DNA from: a virus
Taxonomy: Duplodnaviria; Caudoviricetes
IMG/VR virus record: IMGVR_UViG_3300010162_000393
Location: 72,865 to 136,864 of that record
DNA length: 64,000 bases
Strand: one strand, 5' to 3'
Under the pieces are notes generated by a model. It was not told where the DNA came from, ran no database searches, and saw nothing but the letters and a program-made list of their open reading frames with translations. Numbering within the stretch: position 1 is the first letter of the stretch; each line of letters starts with the position of its first letter. Shown in pieces: positions 19,668 to 29,446 of the stretch. The position numbers and the translations under genes are program-made.

Positions 19668-19804
19668 TTTTTCAATTTTTTAAAACAAAACGTTATAATT
19701 ATCAAAAACGAAATAACAACAATAGCAACAGCACACAATTCTACCAAATATGACCAAGACGCTTGCGATTGCCACCATTTTTCATCAAACATTAAATTCC
19801 ACAT
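19661..19804 (-). CDS. Small single-pass membrane protein (47 aa)
   Basis: Below cutoff. MWNLMFDEKWWQSQASWSYLVELCAVAIVVISFLIIITFCFKKLKKC; fills the intergenic gap. Confidence 0.55.
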   Translation of the reverse strand: MWNLMFDEKWWQSQASWSYLVELCAVAIVVISFLIIITFCFKKLKKC

Positions 19805-19845
19805 ACTTTTTTATTAAATTTTTTACAAAACAATAAAAAAGCAAA

Positions 19846-20370
19846 CTAATTTTCTGATCGCACTTCTGGACCACCTTGACAAACGTAAATGAACTTACTA
19901 TCATCATTGACAACATCCAAAAACTCATCTATCATTCTTTCGTTTGTTTCATCAAACGGTTTAGTGGAATAACTTCCAAACATTTCATTGAAGTCGAATT
20001 TGTTGGATTCTTTTGTTTTAGAAGTAAAAATATATTTATCTCCCATTACAACACCGTCGAATGGGATTTTTGATATAATGTAGTTGATTGCTTTATCTAC
20101 ATTTCCAACGTTTTTTTCAACACCTTCTATTTCATTTGTGAAATTATTCGCGTATAATAACAATAAACACGATTTTTCTGACGTTGTGTACGCTCTCCAT
20201 TGTTTCAATTCACCAATGATAGAATTTACCCTGATGTGTTGTTCATAGAAAATACTCGGATGTAATATGTTATCACAAGATAATATACATCCCTCAAATT
20301 TCTTTTTTATTTTTATTCTGTGTATAAAACTACTACTCTGTTCGGTAGAGGTTATTTTCTTTTTTTTCAT
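19846..20370 (-). CDS. Hypothetical protein
   Basis: 174-aa ORF. Confidence 0.6.
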   Translation of the reverse strand: MKKKKITSTEQSSSFIHRIKIKKKFEGCILSCDNILHPSIFYEQHIRVNSIIGELKQWRAYTTSEKSCLLLLYANNFTNEIEGVEKNVGNVDKAINYIISKIPFDGVVMGDKYIFTSKTKESNKFDFNEMFGSYSTKPFDETNERMIDEFLDVVNDDSKFIYVCQGGPEVRSEN

Positions 20371-20384
20371 ATTATTAAAATTTT

Positions 20385-21020
20385 CTAAATTACTAATTCA
20401 TTGAAAATAAGGTCTTTTGGTAATACACCTCTACAAATAAAAATAGAAGCAAAGTGGTTTGTCATACCTATCTCTTCCCATCTTTTTTCTCTTGTGCTGT
20501 ATGGTATTCTTTTATCAAATATCAATACTTGTGTATCCCCTTTTGAAAAAACATCGTTGAAACGTCCAATTGATTGAAGTGTTGGTAATGGTAATAAGAG
20601 CGCATACGGAATATCTAAACAATAACAATGTTTTAATATTTCGTTTTTTAAAGAAAATGGTGGGTTAGATATTATATAATCAATACCTAATTGACACATA
20701 TCTTCTTTTGTATAACTGAAAAAATCTTTTCCTTCACCGGTTTCAGGATCAAAGTGTGTGTTAATCACATCAAATCCTAACTCATTAAATACTTTCGGAA
20801 AAGCATGTTCATCCTTATCAAATGGACATAATATTTTTGTTTTTTTTGTTATTGCTTTATAGTCTCCTAATTCTGGAGTATCTTTAAAAATCATAAGTTT
20901 ACATCCAAAAGTTTCTTTTGGAACATACTTCGCGATGTTGTGAACAACAAATTCCGGTGTAAAACAATTATCACTTTCCGGAGTTTTTTTTGATGTTAAA
21001 TATCCTATATTACGTGCCAT
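20385..21020 (-). CDS. Phage DNA N6-adenine methyltransferase
   Basis: DNCFTP, ILCPFD, GKDFF, IISNPPFS, LIFDKRI. Confidence 0.75.
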   Translation of the reverse strand: MARNIGYLTSKKTPESDNCFTPEFVVHNIAKYVPKETFGCKLMIFKDTPELGDYKAITKKTKILCPFDKDEHAFPKVFNELGFDVINTHFDPETGEGKDFFSYTKEDMCQLGIDYIISNPPFSLKNEILKHCYCLDIPYALLLPLPTLQSIGRFNDVFSKGDTQVLIFDKRIPYSTREKRWEEIGMTNHFASIFICRGVLPKDLIFNELVI

Positions 21021-21021
21021 A

Positions 21022-21501
21022 TTATTCTTTATTTAAAATTTTAATTGCGTTTTCTACGTCTGCTTCGTCAATACCATCCAATGGGTGCGTATTAATGAAA
21101 TATGGTATTTGTTCTTTCAGAAAATCTATATCGTCATCAAGAATAACATAATTACCATCAAAATGGTTATCATCAATCCACTTCTTAACTTCAACACCGC
21201 GTATTCTTGTTTTAAACTTTCCATCTTCACCTTCATAATAAAGTCTTTCGGTTACACCAATAATCCTATCACAAAATGGAAATTTCATACCATTCATATA
21301 AAATTCAGTATCATCTGAAAGATATTCAATAGTTTTTTCAAGGGTGTGTTTACGCCATGATGATGAGATTACTAAACAGCAGTCGGTAGCATCTATAATT
21401 TTACCGAGTAAATCCAATTTATCTTTATTTAATTTGAATCTACTATCACAATTTGTGATTACACCATCAAAATCAAGAAATAAAATTTTCTTTCTGTTCA
21501 T
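21022..21501 (-). CDS. HAD-family phosphatase (Swiss Army Knife RNA-repair type)
   Basis: FLDFDGVI, VISSSWR, RGVEV, YVILDDD. Confidence 0.85.
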   Translation of the reverse strand: MNRKKILFLDFDGVITNCDSRFKLNKDKLDLLGKIIDATDCCLVISSSWRKHTLEKTIEYLSDDTEFYMNGMKFPFCDRIIGVTERLYYEGEDGKFKTRIRGVEVKKWIDDNHFDGNYVILDDDIDFLKEQIPYFINTHPLDGIDEADVENAIKILNKE

Positions 21502-21955
21502 CTCTAACAAAATTATAGTGTGTTTCTATTTTTTTCCGTTCTTCCACTCTAACAGATGTTCTATTTTGATACCACTTTTTAGGGTCTACTTGCTTTAGTC
21601 TTTTCTGTTTTCTTCTTTTGGTTTCACATCGCCTTATTATATTGTTGTTATCAATATAATATGGGAAACTCCTTGAACATTTTACTTTTTCTGAAACTAT
21701 TAGGTTTCTAAAAAAGAATTTATATTCCATTAAAAGATCATTATGTTTACATCTTGATGATAAATCACTAAAAAAATCATCAAAATTTTTATCAATATAA
21801 TGTGATAATAACCTATGTGCTAATTTATATGGGTTTCTCTCATTCGCCGTGTGCCATGATCTACGTGAGATATTAGTGTTATACATATTACCATATCTTC
21901 TTGTCAGATATTTCGCCCTATTTTCTTTTAAAGGTAGTTTATCACAATTTTCCAT
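21473..21955 (-). CDS. Hypothetical basic protein
   Basis: 160-aa ORF. Confidence 0.55.
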   Translation of the reverse strand: MENCDKLPLKENRAKYLTRRYGNMYNTNISRRSWHTANERNPYKLAHRLLSHYIDKNFDDFFSDLSSRCKHNDLLMEYKFFFRNLIVSEKVKCSRSFPYYIDNNNIIRRCETKRRKQKRLKQVDPKKWYQNRTSVRVEERKKIETHYNFVRDEQKENFIS

Positions 21956-21957
21956 GT

Positions 21958-22749
21958 CTATTCAACAATAAAATTGTTAGGAACATAAAATTCATGATCT
22001 GGATATTCAAGATATTCGTTCAGCGGATAAATAACATCTTCTGATGAAAATTCGTTTATATTCAAATTAAAATTCCATTTTCCATTAATTACGTTACATT
22101 TGAAACAAACCATTTCTTTTACTGTTCCGTCATCTTGTTTTATTTTTAGATTAAAATGGCGAGTAATATCCATTGCTCCTAAAAATTTCTGCCATGGTTT
22201 ATCATCTATTTTTTCATTTCCGAAACGCATTGACATATAATTGTTATCCTTAAAATTTAAATATTCTTTTAAGTCATTAGCAATAATATTCTTCTGTTCT
22301 TCGGACATATACTTGTATCTATTTTTAATAATACTTGGTGGTAACGATGCGCTAGCAATGGTTTGTCTTTTACAAGCATATATAACAGCGAGTCTAATTA
22401 ATGAAAACTCAAATTCATCGCATTTAGGGTATGGTATAAATGGTACATCTTCATCAAATACTTCGTTTGCTTCTTTGTAAGTATCAAGTAATTTTTTAGT
22501 ACGATTCTTTGTGTCCGACCAATCGTAATCAATTTCTCGACTGCAATCAAGAATAAGTCTTTCCTTTTGATTATGTGATAATCCGGACCAATATCTCTTA
22601 ACTAATTTCAAAGGATAACTTGGTTCAAAATCCTGAACAGTATCAGATGGTGTCCACATCCACTGTCTTGCACTCATCCACATAATCGTGTTTTCAAAAT
22701 CACCTAACATGTTTTCGACCATATTGTCGTTAATCTTCTTCGTTGACAT
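21958..22749 (-). CDS. Hypothetical protein
   Basis: 263-aa ORF, possible internal duplication. Confidence 0.6.
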   Translation of the reverse strand: MSTKKINDNMVENMLGDFENTIMWMSARQWMWTPSDTVQDFEPSYPLKLVKRYWSGLSHNQKERLILDCSREIDYDWSDTKNRTKKLLDTYKEANEVFDEDVPFIPYPKCDEFEFSLIRLAVIYACKRQTIASASLPPSIIKNRYKYMSEEQKNIIANDLKEYLNFKDNNYMSMRFGNEKIDDKPWQKFLGAMDITRHFNLKIKQDDGTVKEMVCFKCNVINGKWNFNLNINEFSSEDVIYPLNEYLEYPDHEFYVPNNFIVE

Positions 22750-23131
22750 GACATTCTATTGATTTATTGAGTTTATCTTGTACTACTTTTAAATTTTCAC
22801 CATAATGAAGCACTAACCGATATTCAGGATATTCTTCATAAAAAGATAAATCTTGCCACGCTAGTGCCAAAATATTATCCGTAACATCAGTCATTGACAA
22901 TGAATTATTATTCTGTGCCAATTTTAATAATATTGGTAATCGTATTTCAATTTTATCATCGATGGTAGATGGATGTGGTTTTTTTTGATCTTTTGAACAC
23001 ATTCCTATTGGAAGTACATCCCAAAAATCACCAAATACCAATGTAGGGTCTTTGGCAACATACAATTCGTAAAGATATTGATCATTACCATCTTTTCCAA
23101 CAAAATCTATATATACCAAATATTCATCCAT
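22730..23131 (-). CDS. Hypothetical protein
   Basis: 133-aa ORF. Confidence 0.6.
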   Translation of the reverse strand: MDEYLVYIDFVGKDGNDQYLYELYVAKDPTLVFGDFWDVLPIGMCSKDQKKPHPSTIDDKIEIRLPILLKLAQNNNSLSMTDVTDNILALAWQDLSFYEEYPEYRLVLHYGENLKVVQDKLNKSIECHVNEED

Positions 23132-23133
23132 TT

Positions 23134-23496
23134 TTATACTTTGTTACCACATACTGGACAAAACGCAAAATTGTTTTCTATTTTTTCACCACATTTAAAA
23201 CAAAAATTATTGTTTCTAACACGAGATTCTGTTATACCTGAATTGTAATACGGATTTTTAACTATATTAGCATGTCCGTCGCCACCACTTTCAAGGATAA
23301 GTCTTCGTTTAGATACTGGTAATCTTTCATATTCATCCATTTTTCTTTCTAACGCTTGGATATACTTTAAACTTTTCCATAGGTTATAATAAAAATTCCA
23401 ATATTTTTGTCTTGCAAGATGTGCGTTTGGATCGCTTGCACATTCTCTCAAAAAAAATTCATCAAATACTTTTTTAAATTCTCTATCTTGCTGCAT
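23134..23496 (-). CDS. Protein with a C-terminal zinc ribbon
   Basis: FCFKCG...FCPVCGNK. Confidence 0.65.
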   Translation of the reverse strand: MQQDREFKKVFDEFFLRECASDPNAHLARQKYWNFYYNLWKSLKYIQALERKMDEYERLPVSKRRLILESGGDGHANIVKNPYYNSGITESRVRNNNFCFKCGEKIENNFAFCPVCGNKV

Positions 23497-23543
23497 ATTT
23501 TTTTTATGTTATTATATAACTAATGTAAAAAAAAATAGTATTT

Positions 23544-24284
23544 TCAAATGTTTACGTTTCTGTACACAATATTTTCGTCTTTCAAATATCCGTTTTGTGT
23601 TATTTTTTGAAACACTCTTGTTGTTGCTATAACATCGGCGGAACAATATTTAACAATACGTTTCAAATCTTCTTCGTGTTTTGTATTATCATTAAAATTT
23701 TGATAATAAACTTCTGCCACTTTTGAACCATCAATGTCACCCTTTGATGTTGGGATATCAAATATTTCACATAACACTTTTAATGATGTTCTATTATTAT
23801 AATCCCCAAACCATAATTTAATTGTATCAATAAAATTATAATCCCATGGTTGTTTAGTCATAATGTTGAATACCATTGGGACCTTTATTCCGTTTAAAAT
23901 ACATCGTTTTATGATAAATGGGATGTCAAATGATTCTACATTATGTCCTGCTAATATGTATTTAAAAGAAAAATTATCATTTTCTAACATGTTTGTAAAA
24001 TCTATCAACAAATCTTTTTCATCATCTCCGTAGAAAGATTTCACATAAAACATATCGTTTTTGAATACACCGACACTTATACAGATAATTTTACCTGTTT
24101 CAGGATATAAACCACCAAGCAGGGTTATATTATCATTGGTAACTTCATGTGTTTCTTTTTTTGATCGTTTTACCACAAACTCTCTTAAAACAGGATTTTT
24201 TTCTATATCAATTTTCTGACCAACTGTTTCAATATCAAAAAAACAAATCCTGGTTAGGTCGCTTAAAATCACATTCTTATTCAT
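23544..24284 (-). CDS. DEDDy 3'-5' exonuclease (PolB-exonuclease-like)
   Basis: FFDIET, GHNVESFDIPF, IDT, YCSADV. Confidence 0.85.
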   Translation of the reverse strand: MNKNVILSDLTRICFFDIETVGQKIDIEKNPVLREFVVKRSKKETHEVTNDNITLLGGLYPETGKIICISVGVFKNDMFYVKSFYGDDEKDLLIDFTNMLENDNFSFKYILAGHNVESFDIPFIIKRCILNGIKVPMVFNIMTKQPWDYNFIDTIKLWFGDYNNRTSLKVLCEIFDIPTSKGDIDGSKVAEVYYQNFNDNTKHEEDLKRIVKYCSADVIATTRVFQKITQNGYLKDENIVYRNVNI

Positions 24285-24288
24285 ATAA

Positions 24289-24780
24289 TTAAAATTTTAA
24301 ATATTTTTTTCTAACTAACCAACACAACATATCATATGTTGCTTCTAAAATCGTATCACCAACTGCGCGATAATCGTCAAGTATAATATATGCGCCTGTA
24401 AGGTAAGAAACACTAACTTTATCAGAATTAAAATCTATAGCTAACTTTGCTATTCTTCCGCCAAGCAAAATGTTTGGTAGTTCTTTTGGTAACAAATCAA
24501 TAATATCTTGTAGTGTAAATACACCACAATTGTAGCGATATGAATGATCATAGTTACCATACCCGGCATCGAAATATTCACCATCCGCAAAATCCCATAC
24601 TTCCTTATCCTCATCATAATATTCGTAAAGTGGTTTATCCTTACCATGGTTTTCGACTTCCCACCCAAGATTATTACCGTCTTGATCTACAAAAAGTAAA
24701 ACAATGCTTGCGCTTTCTGTTTTCACACCCAACTCTTTTAGGTGTTTCATCTGTTCTATCGTCAGTGTTTGATGTTCCAT
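24289..24780 (-). CDS. Hypothetical phage protein
   Basis: EQMKHLKELG...FTLQDIIDLLP pattern. Confidence 0.65.
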   Translation of the reverse strand: MEHQTLTIEQMKHLKELGVKTESASIVLLFVDQDGNNLGWEVENHGKDKPLYEYYDEDKEVWDFADGEYFDAGYGNYDHSYRYNCGVFTLQDIIDLLPKELPNILLGGRIAKLAIDFNSDKVSVSYLTGAYIILDDYRAVGDTILEATYDMLCWLVRKKYLKF

Positions 24781-24785
24781 TACTA

Positions 24786-25541
24786 CTAATATTTCAAATA
24801 GTTAAACAACGTTTTATCCAATTTATCACTTCTCAATATATAATGTACAAATGTGAACTTGATATATCCACGATATTTGTAAAACATATAACTAATTTTA
24901 TTACACTTATTTTTCAAATAGAATTCTAATTTTTGTATTTTCAATGCTATTTTAATAACATTTGAAATCCTAATTGAAGTGTATTTTGGTGTCCAATCAA
25001 TGAGTATTTGTTCATCTTTGGCACATCTTTCGCACATAGTTGTTATCCACCCACTTTTTGTTTTACCTACATTGAAAGGACTACCACACAACATACAGAT
25101 TTGGTTAGATGCTTTTTCACACATGTTAATTCTTTCCCATTGTTCTTCAGTTGCACCAAAATTATACAAGTTTAATGACCCAAATTTTTCTTTAATTTGA
25201 GTGAATTGAAAGTTGTGTTCATTATCTTTATTCCATCTCTCAACTTCTTTGTATAATGGGTGTAATAATCCTGCCCAACCACTTTTAGATAATCCCTCAT
25301 CATAGAATAACTCGAATGGGGTATATATTTTTTTTGGTACCGGTTTTTCCTTTTCGGTTGTTTTTTTACGTCTACGTTTTTTGTTGTGTGTTTGCTCTGT
25401 TGGTGCAACATCTAAAACTTCCACAGGTGGTGTTGTTAATTCCGTATGTGTATTCTTTTTACGTCTGCGTTTTTTCTTCTTTTTAACTTCTTCATGCTGC
25501 ATAGTATTTATTTCAGATACTATTTTTTCAATTGTTTCCAT
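24786..25541 (-). CDS. Hypothetical phage protein (QIKEKFG family) with basic N-terminal tracts
   Basis: QIKEKFGSL...ICMLCG...TMCERC; KKKKKRRRKK and KKRRRKK tracts. Confidence 0.65.
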   Translation of the reverse strand: METIEKIVSEINTMQHEEVKKKKKRRRKKNTHTELTTPPVEVLDVAPTEQTHNKKRRRKKTTEKEKPVPKKIYTPFELFYDEGLSKSGWAGLLHPLYKEVERWNKDNEHNFQFTQIKEKFGSLNLYNFGATEEQWERINMCEKASNQICMLCGSPFNVGKTKSGWITTMCERCAKDEQILIDWTPKYTSIRISNVIKIALKIQKLEFYLKNKCNKISYMFYKYRGYIKFTFVHYILRSDKLDKTLFNYLKY

Positions 25542-25543
25542 TT

Positions 25544-25822
25544 TTAACTGTGTTTTTTTATCGCCTCTCGATAAACGTCTTCTCTTGCTAATCCGGTAAT
25601 TCTTTCCAATTCATTTTCTTCTGAATCTAATATCAACACTACTGGAACGCTGCGAATACTAAACTTCAAAGCATATTTTTCAAATAATTGATAATCCCCA
25701 TCATCAGATACTTCTAAAAAATTTATTTTCCCTTTAAATTCGTCTTTCAACTCATTAAAAACGGGTTTTAATAATTTACACGGCGGACAATGGAATGTAC
25801 TAACTTTTAATACGGTGTTCAT
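25544..25822 (-). CDS. Thioredoxin
   Basis: HCPPCK active site, IRSVP; ATG at 25822. Confidence 0.85.
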   Translation of the reverse strand: MNTVLKVSTFHCPPCKLLKPVFNELKDEFKGKINFLEVSDDGDYQLFEKYALKFSIRSVPVVLILDSEENELERITGLAREDVYREAIKKHS

Positions 25823-25861
25823 TTCTTTAAAATTTTTACTTATTATTACGAAATATCGTTT

Positions 25862-25869
25862 CAAACCTA
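25862..25869 (-). promoter_or_regulatory. Bacteroidota-type -7 element TAGGTTTG
   Basis: TAnnTTTG upstream of the thioredoxin operon. Confidence 0.4.
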
Positions 25870-25897
25870 CACTTTTTTGTGATAATATCAAATACTT

Positions 25898-25906
25898 CTA
25901 TTTATA
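25898..25906 (+). promoter_or_regulatory. Late promoter motif CTATTTATA
   Basis: Upstream of the ATG at 25921. Confidence 0.7.
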
Positions 25907-25920
25907 ATAAAATTAAAATA

Positions 25921-26367
25921 ATGAGTAATGAAGATATTATTTTCAAACGTATGTTTGAAACTATTCGTAATTTAAAATCAGAAAGTTCAAAACGTTTGAT
26001 GGAAGAATATGAAGGAGATTATAACGAATCTCAGGAAGATGTTGTAAGTGAAGAAAAATATCCCGGTGTAAAGGGTCAGATTATTGATCCGTTACTTCAA
26101 AAAATACCTAACGTAAAAATAGAAGATGACGGTTTAACTATTAATAAAGAAAACTCTACCATAACATTGGAAGGTACAATACCAAGTCTTTCAAATTTGA
26201 AATTTATTGTTATTACTGACACTTCAAATACCGAACCATTACATGTTAGTGTTGAAAATTTAAATCTTAGTGAAGACGGGCTAACTTCGCTAACCGCATT
26301 ATACGCATTTGCAAAGACCTTCTATAATGAATGGTCTATAAATAAAGTAAAAGAAACTTTTAAATAA
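25921..26367 (+). CDS. Putative virion protein
   Basis: Late motif implies the start is ATG 25921; LMEE motif. Confidence 0.55.
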   Translation: MSNEDIIFKRMFETIRNLKSESSKRLMEEYEGDYNESQEDVVSEEKYPGVKGQIIDPLLQKIPNVKIEDDGLTINKENSTITLEGTIPSLSNLKFIVITDTSNTEPLHVSVENLNLSEDGLTSLTALYAFAKTFYNEWSINKVKETFK

Positions 26368-26369
26368 GA

Positions 26370-27173
26370 TTAGGATTTTTTAAATCCAGGTAACTTTATT
26401 TTTTTCGTTGGTTTTTCAATCACAGGTGGTTGTTCCACTACTGCCGGTTTAGTACTTTTTACAAAATTAGGCGGTTGATTACCTAATACAATCTTTGATT
26501 TTTGTAAAGCATCTTTCTTTGTGTCTGACAATTCATGTGGTGGGATTATTTCTTCAGAAGGTACCGACACATTCACATGTTTTTCCTCAACAACTATAGG
26601 GTATTCAATAACCGGTGTTTCTTTCTTCGCTTCCGGTATTTCAATTACTTCTTCTTCGACTTCTTCATGTTTTTCTTCAACAACTTCTTGAACAACGTTT
26701 TTTCCTTTTAATTCAAATGTCGCAATCAAGTGTAATGATAAAAGTGATAAACCGGGAACAACTGCACCGCTCATAACCGCTAACCAAAATTTGTGGATTT
26801 CATTTGCCCATTGATTTCCTTCACCTAATACAATATTCATAAATGTAACCCAAGTTACGAATAATTGACCGCTCTCGTCAATATAATTGAATGAAAAGAA
26901 TATGTTACCTAACATTTGGTAAATAGTAACAAATATAAATGTCAATACTATTGAAAATGTTAGTTTTCCTGTTAGTAGTGCTATTAGTGTGGTTGCTGCT
27001 GCTACTTCTAAAGCAACGCTCATTGCTATTGCAAATATACTTGGGTTGCTAATGGCAAACCATTCTATACAGTGAAAAATACTTATTATAATTGCAAAAC
27101 AGATGGGTAGAGAATATACTGACTTTAAAATAGTTTCTCGGTTTCTACCAAACCAATTTCTTAAACCCCTCAT
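26370..27173 (-). CDS. Multi-pass membrane protein (candidate holin/lysis component)
   Basis: About 4 hydrophobic helices plus a charged Pro/Glu-rich tail; in a late operon. Confidence 0.5.
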   Translation of the reverse strand: MRGLRNWFGRNRETILKSVYSLPICFAIIISIFHCIEWFAISNPSIFAIAMSVALEVAAATTLIALLTGKLTFSIVLTFIFVTIYQMLGNIFFSFNYIDESGQLFVTWVTFMNIVLGEGNQWANEIHKFWLAVMSGAVVPGLSLLSLHLIATFELKGKNVVQEVVEEKHEEVEEEVIEIPEAKKETPVIEYPIVVEEKHVNVSVPSEEIIPPHELSDTKKDALQKSKIVLGNQPPNFVKSTKPAVVEQPPVIEKPTKKIKLPGFKKS

Positions 27174-27532
27174 GGCGATAATTGTCTTAATTGCAATTCT
27201 AAATCCCTAACCCTATCAGAATAATATCTGGAACGTTCTGTTGGAGAGGTCTTTGTGCGAGCAATATCGTTAAAATCGATCATAATTGCTTCTGATATGG
27301 TATATTGCATTATTCTCAAATATAATTGTAATTCGTCTTTGTTTACAAATTCATGTTTCAAACTATCTAACTGTTTTATCAGTTCTTCGTTTTGTAAAGT
27401 CAATACTTGGTTTTGTTTGATCAATTCCTTATTGTTTCGTTGCTGACTACATGTATTCATGAAGATAAGAAAGAAAATGATTAACACAATCCAAAAATAA
27501 TTATCTGCTAAAAATTCTTTAATGTTGTTCAT
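27170..27532 (-). CDS. Membrane-anchored coiled-coil protein (spanin-like candidate)
   Basis: N-terminal hydrophobic helix ending MNTC, then coiled coil; late motif upstream. Confidence 0.5.
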   Translation of the reverse strand: MNNIKEFLADNYFWIVLIIFFLIFMNTCSQQRNNKELIKQNQVLTLQNEELIKQLDSLKHEFVNKDELQLYLRIMQYTISEAIMIDFNDIARTKTSPTERSRYYSDRVRDLELQLRQLSP

Positions 27533-27555
27533 CTTTTTTATAATTTTAATTTGTC

Positions 27556-27564
27556 TATAAATAC
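27556..27564 (-). promoter_or_regulatory. Late promoter variant GTATTTATA
   Basis: Reverse complement of tataaatac. Confidence 0.55.
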
Positions 27565-27580
27565 TAAAAAAATTTTTTTC

Positions 27581-28354
27581 TTAAAAATTAAGATTTTTCA
27601 TTGAAAAATCGTGATATTCCTTGTTTATTTCAATACCGATATATCCCCTTTTCAATTTTTTTGCAACTTTACAAGTTGTTCCAATTCCACTGAAAGGATC
27701 CAAAATAATATCACCTACCATTGAATAATATTTTATTACCATTTCAGCAAGTTCTTCCGGAAATATTGCAGGATGTTGTTTTGAACTTTTAGGGTGTATT
27801 TTCCATATAGAAGATGTTTCATAACCATATTTTATCTTACTTTCTTCTATTGTATCATCAGAATATTTTCGTAAATTCCAATCTATCAATTTATCAGTTC
27901 GTTTACGAAAAACCAATATATATTCATGTACAATATTTGGTTTGTATGATATTGGTTTTCTGTGTTGGTAAAATTGTGCATTTCGATTTTTTACTGAACT
28001 TTCCGGTTTCTCCCATATAATATCTTCAATAAAATCCCAACCATCTCTTGTCAACATATACGTTAAATCAAATGGTATTGGATGTCGTTTTGATTGGTGT
28101 TGTCTGCTGATTCTTGGTTCTATAACCGGTGATACGTTTATCACAAGAAACCTACCTTCTTTTGTGACTCTCTGTACTTCTTTAAATATTCTACACATTG
28201 TTGATAGATAAATATCATAACTATCATATTGGGAATACTCCCTGGCATTATAATACGGTGGACTACAAAACGTCAAATCTACTACATCAGGTTTTAGTGT
28301 TCGTAGTATCTGTTCGCTATCACCAAGATACAATCTTCCATCAACTATTTCCAT
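27581..28354 (-). CDS. Beta-class N4-cytosine/N6-adenine DNA methyltransferase
   Basis: CSPPY, IIWEK, HPAIFPEEL, LDPFSGIGTT, GIEIN. Confidence 0.9.
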   Translation of the reverse strand: MEIVDGRLYLGDSEQILRTLKPDVVDLTFCSPPYYNAREYSQYDSYDIYLSTMCRIFKEVQRVTKEGRFLVINVSPVIEPRISRQHQSKRHPIPFDLTYMLTRDGWDFIEDIIWEKPESSVKNRNAQFYQHRKPISYKPNIVHEYILVFRKRTDKLIDWNLRKYSDDTIEESKIKYGYETSSIWKIHPKSSKQHPAIFPEELAEMVIKYYSMVGDIILDPFSGIGTTCKVAKKLKRGYIGIEINKEYHDFSMKNLNF

Positions 28355-29078
28355 CTCTATCAGGTGTTAATTGGAATGGTGCCCACCACTCACCTTGTAT
28401 TATAGATACATTTGTAAATGGTACATATTCCGTTGTGTTAAATTTATCGTAAACCCATTGTGATGTTTCTGCTATATTTTTATTTGAGATTGCATCCGCA
28501 ATAGTATATAAACTTATTTTATTATATACCTCTGATGGTAAATATCTGTGTAGTGGAATATAATATCCAACACAACTATCAAATTCAACCGCCAATTCAG
28601 ATTTATTTTGTATAAGATACATATAATACCAATCCTCGTCAGTTGTTACTCCACCAACCAAATATTTTATTTCATTATTTGCAATAACATATGTGGCAAT
28701 ATCTCTATCAACATTAATAATAATATCTTTCAGTGTTGCGTTTTCTGGTGCATCAATATTATCTAATTTACTTTTGATACTTTCTTTAATTTGTGATAAA
28801 CGTATTTCGTAAAATTCATCAAGTGTAATTAGTTTATGTTCAATAAAGTCTTCATCTGGAACATATCTAATAACCTCGTCAATAATATCAGTAACATCTT
28901 CATAATTCTTGAATTGTGAAAATTGATGTAAATACACCATATATTTTGGTCCCCGTCTTAATAGCGCAGGTAAAAAAACACTTTTTTTCCCTATTGTAAT
29001 AACACAATTATCCTCATCCAATAGGTTTATAAAATCCAACAATATTTGTTGGCGATTGCTTTCCTCTAAATCTGACAT
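28341..29078 (-). CDS. Hypothetical protein
   Basis: 245-aa ORF. Confidence 0.6.
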   Translation of the reverse strand: MSDLEESNRQQILLDFINLLDEDNCVITIGKKSVFLPALLRRGPKYMVYLHQFSQFKNYEDVTDIIDEVIRYVPDEDFIEHKLITLDEFYEIRLSQIKESIKSKLDNIDAPENATLKDIIINVDRDIATYVIANNEIKYLVGGVTTDEDWYYMYLIQNKSELAVEFDSCVGYYIPLHRYLPSEVYNKISLYTIADAISNKNIAETSQWVYDKFNTTEYVPFTNVSIIQGEWWAPFQLTPDRDGNS

Positions 29079-29096
29079 AATGTAACATCTTTTTTT

Positions 29097-29369
29097 TTAT
29101 TTTATTTGTATGTATTTATCTTCACTTTCTTGTTCTATGTTTTTGTTTTTAATATTGGTTAGAATGTGTTGAATTCCTAAATAACTAACCCAAATAACAA
29201 CCGCTAATAATATCCACTTAATATTTGTAATAATAATGTATAATATTGCACATATTATTAGTAGAGTTATCGCAAGACAACCGCCAACCAAATTTTTCAT
29301 TTTTCTATTTCTTGGGATTAATTCAGATAACCGTATATCACCAAATTTTCTATTCTTACTCCAAAACAT
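29097..29369 (-). CDS. Small membrane protein
   Basis: Two hydrophobic segments. Confidence 0.6.
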   Translation of the reverse strand: MFWSKNRKFGDIRLSELIPRNRKMKNLVGGCLAITLLIICAILYIIITNIKWILLAVVIWVSYLGIQHILTNIKNKNIEQESEDKYIQIK

Positions 29370-29422
29370 ACAGAAACATATTTTTTAAAATATACAAGTT
29401 ATTATGAAAAGAACAAAAAACT

Positions 29423-29431
29423 CTATTTATA
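29423..29431 (+). promoter_or_regulatory. Late promoter motif CTATTTATA
   Basis: Upstream of the 29447 ATG. Confidence 0.7.
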
Positions 29432-29446
29432 TGAAATCGAAATTGA

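Noticed and set aside
24786-25541. Basic tracts as eukaryotic nuclear localisation signals (giant virus origin)
   Set aside because: All context (gp23-like capsid, bacterial SSB/ClpX/PyrC) indicates a bacteriophage; the tracts are more likely nucleic-acid binding
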